A stretch of DNA of 64,000 bases from Octopus sinensis (Eukaryota), in contig NC_043001.1 in assembly GCF_006345805.1 (NCBI RefSeq), forward strand, positions 38,254,001-38,318,000. The letters are read 5' to 3'. The number at the start of each line of letters is the position of its first letter. Position 1 is the first letter of the stretch. A model generated the notes under the pieces. The model saw only the letters and a program-made list of their open reading frames with translations, searched no databases and was not told the origin of the DNA. A program made the translations under genes and the position numbers. Below are positions 50,401-59,400 of this stretch, piece after piece.

Positions 50401-53400
50401 TGATGTGTATGTATGGGAGCTTTCTCAAGAAGTGGGTATAGTTGTTTCTACATTGTAGGTAATGGGAGGGATGTTACAACGGTACTTGTTTGGAGGGAGG
50501 CATGTGCCTGTTTCCATCTGTAAGTGTTAATGGTGATGGAGTTGGCTAATGGGGACAAATTGTTCTGGACTGGTAGTTCTTAAAAGGTGTAACATAAGGG
50601 GTATCTAAATGTGCTGTAAATTTTTAATAATATAATTTAAGGCTTTAAAAAGATTCATACTAATGCTTGAGATTTGTGTAAGTGAATGTTATTCATAATT
50701 TTTTTTATGTTCAAGTGTGATTAATAGAACAAGGTAAACTATAGTTTTTTTAATTTTTTCCCACTTGTAAAATAGCCCTCTGCTTCTTGATGTGTGCCAA
50801 TATTTTATATTTCGTCTAAAGTGTATCACAGAATCAAACAGAATCTTTGTTATGCTACAAGGTGTGTTAAATACCAAGGCAACTTGTTCCAGTGACAGCT
50901 GCTAAGGTACATCAACTGTCAGACACTTTGTGGTCTTTGTTTTTGTTTAAGTGCTGAGTAAGAGAGAATAATGAGTAAGGAGACAGTTGGCAATAGGGGC
51001 AATGTTAAATATAGTTAAGCACATATAAATAGAGCTAGTAGTGGTAATGTGAGGCTGATTCTATTATGTAGTTATTGTGTAGGCAGTTATTGAGATAGAC
51101 CATTGTTGTCAAGGACAGGGATGGAAAGCTGTTTATAAAAATGCTGTACACTCAATATTTCTAAACTACAGCTTTATGTCTAAATTAACATTTAAATAAA
51201 TTACAATTTATTTTCTTTGATAAAATTGCTTGCATTTCCAACATTTTGCTGGCAGTGCTATATTTAATAGAAATAAAATTTCATTTTTTTTTCTTTTAAT
51301 ATCAATATGAAATACAAATTTGGTTTAACTTTTGTCTTGTAGAATTCTATAATCCACTGGAACAAATATTCTTGACATCTCTTGTTTGTATATAAACACA
51401 CACACACACACACACATGATCTATTCTTACTCTTTGTATATATTTGTAGAATAAATATAAATTCAGCTCTTTTGATCTTCTAAAATGACTTAGGGCTTAG
51501 ACCATTTTATTCAAATGATTCAAAATCGTAAAGATTAAGGTTTAGATACTTGGTTAATATTTTACAACTCTATTTGAATTTAGGTGGTATCATTCCTGTC
51601 CTTTTGAATTTACTCGATCAGTATCGAAAGAAAATGTATGTTGCTCCCAGAGTTATGCAGCAGACACTCAACTATTTGAATCAAGGGTAAGTTGTTTTTA
51701 TTTTTATGCCACTTCCTTAGATAGTGTGAAAGTCAAGGTTTTTGTGCTAAATTGGAGTGTACATTTAATTCAACTGCAAACTTTATTGACTCTGACTGAG
51801 AATGTCTTTAATCAAGGAGTTGGCAGTTCATTTGAATGAACAACTGGAATACTCGATGCCATGGAAGATCTGTTTGTTTTGTCTAATTAATAGATTACAC
51901 TTGCCTGCTTTACCCCTTAAACAAAGCAATACAAAAATAATAGTTTTAATCTTAGACTTAAAAGGAAACAATTTATATGTCCATTTCAGAATCAGCCATG
52001 CCTTCTCCTGGAAGTGTATCAAGCCACATATAGTAGTAAGTAATTTAAACAATATGCTTTTGAACACAAATATTGACTTGTTAGCATTTAACCATGTCAT
52101 TATTACATTTCTAATTACAATACACATTTTAATTTAATTCTGAACTGTGAATCCAAAACATAAGTTTATTATATTTAAGTGGTGTTTCAAACACAACTTA
52201 AAGGTTCTTACATGAATCCAAGATAGAATTTTTGCCTCAAAACTGTCCTAATTATAGTAAATACATGTAAAAATCAGCAAAGTAGAATATTATTTAAATT
52301 TTGTCACTGAATAGAGTTACTGCTAAAGTTATTTATTATATGGCTTCCTAAATCCCTGCTTATGACAAAAACTTATGGCAAAAATGTAGTGATTTTGTTC
52401 AATTTGTCCTTTATTTTTTTCCTTTGCATTAGACTCCTCTGTTATATGGCACAGTTGAATTAAAATATAAATAAATAGTTTGAGCTATATTTGAAAATCA
52501 TTCAAACTCAAAAGTTATTACTAAATTGAAAGGTTATTTAATTTTAATGTTCTACATATCGAATGATTTGAAATCCACATGGATAAAACAAATGATTTGA
52601 AATAATTGCACCAAAATTTAAGGAAGATAGAAATGTTATACTGCCTAGTGTTTAAGTGAAATTGTGTTATTACATGCACATTGCAATTTACATTTAAATA
52701 TAAATAAATTCTGCAGTCTTAGGTGTTTTGGCATTTTATAATGGATAGAGTCATGTAAATTGGTATAGAAAAGAAAATTTGAATAAAATGTTTTCTTTAT
52801 TGAATAATTCATTAGACGATTACATAATTTTGCAGGTGATAATTCAAGATGTTGTGTTTCCTTTGATGTGTCACAGTAATGAAGATGATGAACTATGGAC
52901 TGCAGATCCCCATGAATATATTCGCATGAAATTCGGTAACATTCTTTGTATATACCTTAGAAAATATGGAATAGTCTACATTCACTGCTCCCTCCCTCAT
53001 ACATATTATGATATGCATAATTAGCAAGATTTACAAAACTTGTATATTCATATTATTAAATAAGGAGAGATGGAGTGTATGATGCTATGGTATATTCTTT
53101 ATTGTAGATATGTTTGAAGATTTTCTGTCACCAGTTGTTGCTGCCCAAACTTTGTTCCACTCTGCAGTTGGTAAACGAAAAGAAGTTCTTCAGAAGGCCA
53201 TGGGATTTTGTATGTCTGTATTGACACAGCCTAATGTGGATCCAAGACAGAAGGATGGTGCTCTTCATATGATTGGAGCTGTAGCTGACATTCTTCTTAA
53301 GGTTTGTTATTTTTCTTGAGAAATAATAATTTTCATTCCTACAGGGTTGATAAACTGAGTACCTGTCACTAATTAGGTTAATTCAGTTTATTATACTTCT

Positions 53401-56400
53401 GCTCTTGAAACTTGTAGCCTTGACTGCCATTATCATTATCATCATATTTGCTTATTTCATTACTGGTATGGTTTGGATGACATCTATTGGGGTAGTTATT
53501 AGCAACAGGAATGTCCTTCCTGTTACTAGCCCTTACTTGATTTTTAAGTAAAATATTTTTATTCCATTGGCCTTCAAAAGTTGAAACTACAGAATATTGT
53601 TTACAGATGTGTGTGTGTGCACATACACACATGCACTCAAGTGTATGTTTCTGTATGGGGTTTCTGCCTACCAATTTCATTGAGGCCAAGGTTAAAGTAG
53701 AAGACACTTGGAGTGGAACTTCAAGCCGGGTGGTTAAAACATAGACTTGGTATTCATATTATACTCTGTGGTTGTTTAAAATTAAAACCGAAAGTATTTT
53801 TTAATTACAGAGAAAAATTTACAAAGATCAAGCCGAAATGATGCTTACTACTCATGTTTTTCCTGAATTTCGTAGTCAACATGGTTATCTTAGAGCTAGA
53901 GTGAGTATTTTTCTCTATTTAATTTGCTGCAGTAATTCTATGTTTATAAGAAATTTTATGTATAAAATATCTTACACTTGAAATAGTGTTATTTAGTATC
54001 ATGTGTTAATTTCATAATGTTTCTATTTGTAGGCCTGTTGGATGCTCCACTATTTTAGTGAACTTCGTTATAAGCAAGATAACAACTTGATGCAAGCACT
54101 TGAGTTGAGCAAAGAATGTTTGTGTAATGATAATGAGTTACCTGTCAAGGTTGAAGCTGCAATAGCACTTCAGATGCTGGTTACCCAACATGACAAAGGT
54201 GACTTTATTTCTCTATTACATCTCCCAACGAACGAGCTTCTATATGGTCACTTGACTGGCTAATAATAGTATCCTGTATTTCCTCAAACAACAACCTGCC
54301 ATCTTAATTAAAATCGGAAGATATGTTGGATACTGCAGTTCTAGATATACTGTATGAATAAAAGATGGGATGTTTATGACTGGTGTTTTAAAAGTGTTTG
54401 ATCAGGTCTCATCTGAGACTAAACCTATCTCTTGGAAAAACTCCCTACCTCTTAGCTCCAGCTATTTCCCATCTCTTGGATTAGCAAATTTTCTTTTAGA
54501 CCACATGTCATTGCAGTGTTTGTTGATAGAGATCACTTTGACCATATTGTGCCTGGAGATTCTGTTTTATTCTCCACCCACCACTATCCATTAAACTAAA
54601 CATTTAAAAATCTATTTGTCTTCTCATCCAACAACCCCTCTATGCAGATAGTACTGCTCATTATCACATTCTAATCTTCCATATCAAAGCATCATCCACA
54701 TTTATTGTAGGTGCCTAATAGAAAATCTATTGTGACTCCATGAATAGGCCTTTGTAAACCTCCTCCAGTGAGGTTGTGCTAGTCTTGCTTCACCAGCACA
54801 GAAAGGCAATATCTACCCATGTAAAAAACAAAACAACAGAGAGCCCTACTTTCTCTACCATTCTTCATGTGAATAGCATGCAATAAGACTCAAGTTTGCT
54901 ATAGTTGCTAGTTTACACCATTACTGAGGATGTCCTTGGGCAAATGCTGGTAGTCATTATATCAAATAGAGCACGATGGAGACTGGTTTCTCTCTAGGGC
55001 AGAAAATACTTCAGCATCTATCAACTTCTAATCCTCAACAAATATCAAGTGAGACAATACAGTATTGGTCCCACATTTAAGATGGTGTTGCTACTACACT
55101 CAGGGCATCCTAGACATTATCCAAAGAAATGACATCTGCCTGCTTGGTATGAAATTGTTCACCTATGCAGTTTAACTTCTTGTCTATGGAAATGTTTTCT
55201 CTTCTCTGCTTTTTCCACTGCTACTACAGTGGGTTCTATCCTTGTAACTGGTTGGTCTCATATCATCTTCACCCAGGAATTCCTAATTTACTTGTATCTC
55301 CCATTATTTTTCTATGTCCCTACACCAATTACTGTGCTCAGAACGTCAGTTCTCTAGAATTCCCTCCTTGCACATGTTTTATTTGTAGTCATTAGTTTGC
55401 AACTGTTCAAGAGGAGCTATCACTCTCACTAGTCTTTGTGAGCTTATGAAGGTTATGGGCACACTCCCTTCCTCCATGTCAGTCCAATATATATATAAAA
55501 ATTTTTTTTGTTCACTCACAACTTGGATGTGTCTGTACAACCATCCTAATTAGAATGCAAGGTTCATTTCAAGAGTAGTTTCAGCCTCTTAGAGATTGTT
55601 TCTGTTTTTCTGTATCAGGTATTGCATGTTCCTTTTATTTTTCTTAAAACTATCAAGTATTTTTAACAATAACTCAAAATATTCTAACATAAAAATAAAT
55701 TTGAAACAGAATATTGCTATTTATTATTGCTACTAATGCTCATCTTTTTTTTTCTTTTACTAAGCCAAGCAATTTGTACGTCCTCATGTCAAGCCAGTTA
55801 TTTTAGGTGAGTATAATCATAATGATTTTATACCTGCTTTCAGCGATGACGTGGGTTGACTGAGTCACAGTGTTTTTTCTTATTTAGAACTTTCCCTCCC
55901 GCCATGGTTTAAGGTGCTATGTCTTGTATATTCCATTTTGGCATATCCTACATAATGCTAACCATTTAATGTACTGGGAGTACTTTATTTTAGCACTAAC
56001 ACTAAAGAAGTTAACTTCTCGGCTCAACTAAAGAGTCTTGACTACATTGTTTCTGTTCATTCACTAACCACAAGTACATGAAATCTTTTTAGGCTAAAGC
56101 TTTTGAGAATACTTAATTAGTAGTCTGAATGATCTCTTGCAATTGTAAAGCAACTGATATTAGTGTTTCTTGGTTTCTAATGTCAGAGATCATTCATTTT
56201 AGTAATTCAAAGTGACAAGGGGAAATTCCCTCAAAATATATTTAACCCCTTAACATTTAAACCAACCTTATCCAGAGTGAAATAATCTATTGTCATTCAA
56301 ATTTTGTTTTTGTAGTTGAATCAATCAGTGTATGTTGTTGACTTTGTAAACTAATAGTTAAAACCTTTAATAACTCTGTTATTAAGGCCCATGAATCGTA

Positions 56401-59400
56401 AAGGGAATTAGTCACAGATTTAAGCACATTTTCATAGATAAGTACTTCCCAATGCTTCATGAAACCTTGGAAAATTTGCATGTGCACTGACTTGAAACAA
56501 ATGAAAATACAGATGATGTTAGGATTTTAAGATTATTTTCCTTTTGATAGTAATTTTTTTTTTTTAACATCAGTTGCATATTTTTTATTGTTACAGAGGT
56601 ACTAAGAATCATTCGTGAAACAGAGAATGATGAACTGACAAGTGTATTGCAACGCTTAGTTTGTAATTATGTTGAGGATGTATTACCTATTGCTGTAGAA
56701 ATGATGACACATTTGGTAGGTCCAGTTTCGAAATTATTTGTGAATTAAATACTTATTTTTGTAGGTTATTAAGGAATAATTAAAAATATTGAAATGAATC
56801 ACAATTTTACATATTTCTTTAACAAGTAATTCTCTGGTCAAGAAATACACATTGTTTTTTAAAAGTATACTTATAGAAAGAAATCAAAAATAAACTTTCA
56901 ATTATGACATTAAATTCAAAACATTTTTAAAACTCTTAGTAATCTAAACAAAATAAATGACTGACACTACAACACAAAGGCTAAACTATAGTAGAATGAT
57001 AACTTCTACTCAAAATTGATTGTTTCATTTTTAAACAAATAGACATATAAGAATGCTAGATATTATTCTCCATGTTTGCATGCATTTTATCCTAGCTTGC
57101 ATTGATTAGAATAGATTTTGCAACCCAATCTTGAGACTTAACATTTTTCAAGTCAAAATTGCATTTTGCATAATCTAATTTTCATACTTCGTTATTAATA
57201 ACTATCTAAAAAGAACTGTTGATCTGATCCTATGCCCCATAGCACTTGAATTAGTTTATCTAAGGTGGGTATCCACATAGTGGCCTACATGCATGCTCAC
57301 ATAAAATCACTTGTAAAGAGTTAATGATAATAATTCTTACTAAAGAAAGGTAAGAGACAACTCGAATTCAAATGATAAAAAAATTGAATGGATGCAAGTG
57401 GGATCAAATCATGTTCTTTGGTAATTATAGCAACAAGCTCTGGACATAGTTTGACCAGACTTCAGAATAATGGAAAGAAAAATCATTCATTTTAATAATT
57501 CAAAATGACAAGGGGAAATTTCCTCAAAATATTTTTAACCCCTTAACATTTAAACCAACCTTATTGAACCAAAATATTCTACAAGCTTTGTTCAAATCTG
57601 CCAGACCTAGTCTCTCTCACCAACCTTACAAAATCATTCTAAAAAGTTAAGTTACCTTATCAAAATCTCCAAACTACAAAATAAATGTATGAGTAATTCA
57701 AAACAATGTGAATAACTAGGCATTATTTAAATTGTTTTTGAGTATATATTTTTATATTCTTCATGTTGCAATTCCAAAAAAAAAAAATAATAAATATTAG
57801 AATATATCCAAAAAGCAGTTCTTATGAAAAAATGTTTTCAATTCTAAAATGCTGATTTCTTCACATTTTTCATCATAATTAATGTTTTAAAATTTTTTTT
57901 TTAAGGCTCAAACCTTCCACCAGCTTCTGAATGCTGATATTGAATCATCTGAAGACAAAGTCATTACTGCTTTAGGTGTACTTAATACAATGGCTACTAT
58001 TCTAGATGTGATGGAAGGGAAGAAGGAGGTAGGTACTTAATGTCTAATTTGTCTAGAAATACTGTTTCAGTCTTATAGGGCTGATGTATTACATAAACCA
58101 AATTGTTATACACTGTAAAACTTAGCTGTTAAAACCCTTTAGTGTTCAAATCGGCCAAAATTAATTCCCCTTTATTTGTTCAAACCGCTACGAAATCTTT
58201 AAAAAAAACGAACAGATCACGTTATTGAATTCTTGTAGCTTTGAGATAATGCAAGATGAAGCCTTTCCCGCCTTTATTCAAGTATAAATACTGTGAAGTT
58301 GTTTGGGCCACATGGTTTTTGCAATGTTTGAAGAGAAGTCTGAAATGGCATCAACAAGTAGGTTTTAGGCTTGATGATATAGAATATATAAATGAAAACA
58401 AGAATATTTTGTCTTCAGATGAATCTGATATCGATATTAGTGAATATTTGGACAAGGATTTTGAGAATGAAAGTGATGAAAATATAAACATAGCAATATG
58501 GTCAAAGATTACAACACCAATCACTATTCCTGATTTCACAGAAAACACTGGTCCACAACATAATTTACCTCCTGATGCTCAACCATTGGACTACCTATTT
58601 TTATTTTTACCTGAAAGTTTTTTTTAAAAAGTTATGGAGGAAACAAAACAAATAGGCACAGTGTATATTTTCTATTCATGGAAGAAATGATCCACTATGT
58701 CAGTCAACTTATACTGCGGAAATGAGAGCGTTTTTCACAATCAATATTATGTTTGGTGTTAAATAGCTTCCTCGACTGTGGAACTACTGGTGTCCTGATA
58801 TAAGTTATGGTGATCACTATATCTCAAGTATAATGTCGAAGATGAGGTATTTGAAAATATCTCAGTATTTACATTTAATTGATTCTGCTAATGCCCCCAG
58901 CAAAAACAACCCAAACTATGATCCCCTGTACTAAGTACGTCCTGTAATTGATTTACTCCTTAATAGTTATAAAACTGTGTATCTACTTGGGTGAAATCTC
59001 AGTGTTGATGACGCCATGATAGGCTATAAGGGCAGAGTACATTTTCGACAGTACTTGCCTGCCAAACCCACTAAATGGCAGATCAAGATATGGGAAGTTT
59101 GGAAACCAGACACTGGGTATTGCGTAAACTTTGATGTTTACACAGGTAAAAAATATAATGGAAACAGACCATATGGATTGGGATATGATATAGTATAGTC
59201 TCTTACTGAACCATTTCACCATCAGTACTGACACCTCTATTTTGACTTTTGTTTTCTTCAGTAGCTTTGTATGAAAATCTTGCCCGTGTAAGTACTTACA
59301 TGTGCAGTACTGTTATAGGCAACTGTAAAGGCTTATCCTGTGAAATGAAAACAAAATTAAAAACAAGAAGGGACATTTTACAAATGCAAACGGAAAATCT

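Noticed and set aside
51780-51940. Possible H/ACA snoRNA in IPO7 intron 9 (AGATTA and ACA motifs)
   Set aside because: Second hairpin is too short and no pseudouridylation pockets are evident; such motifs are common in AT-rich DNA.
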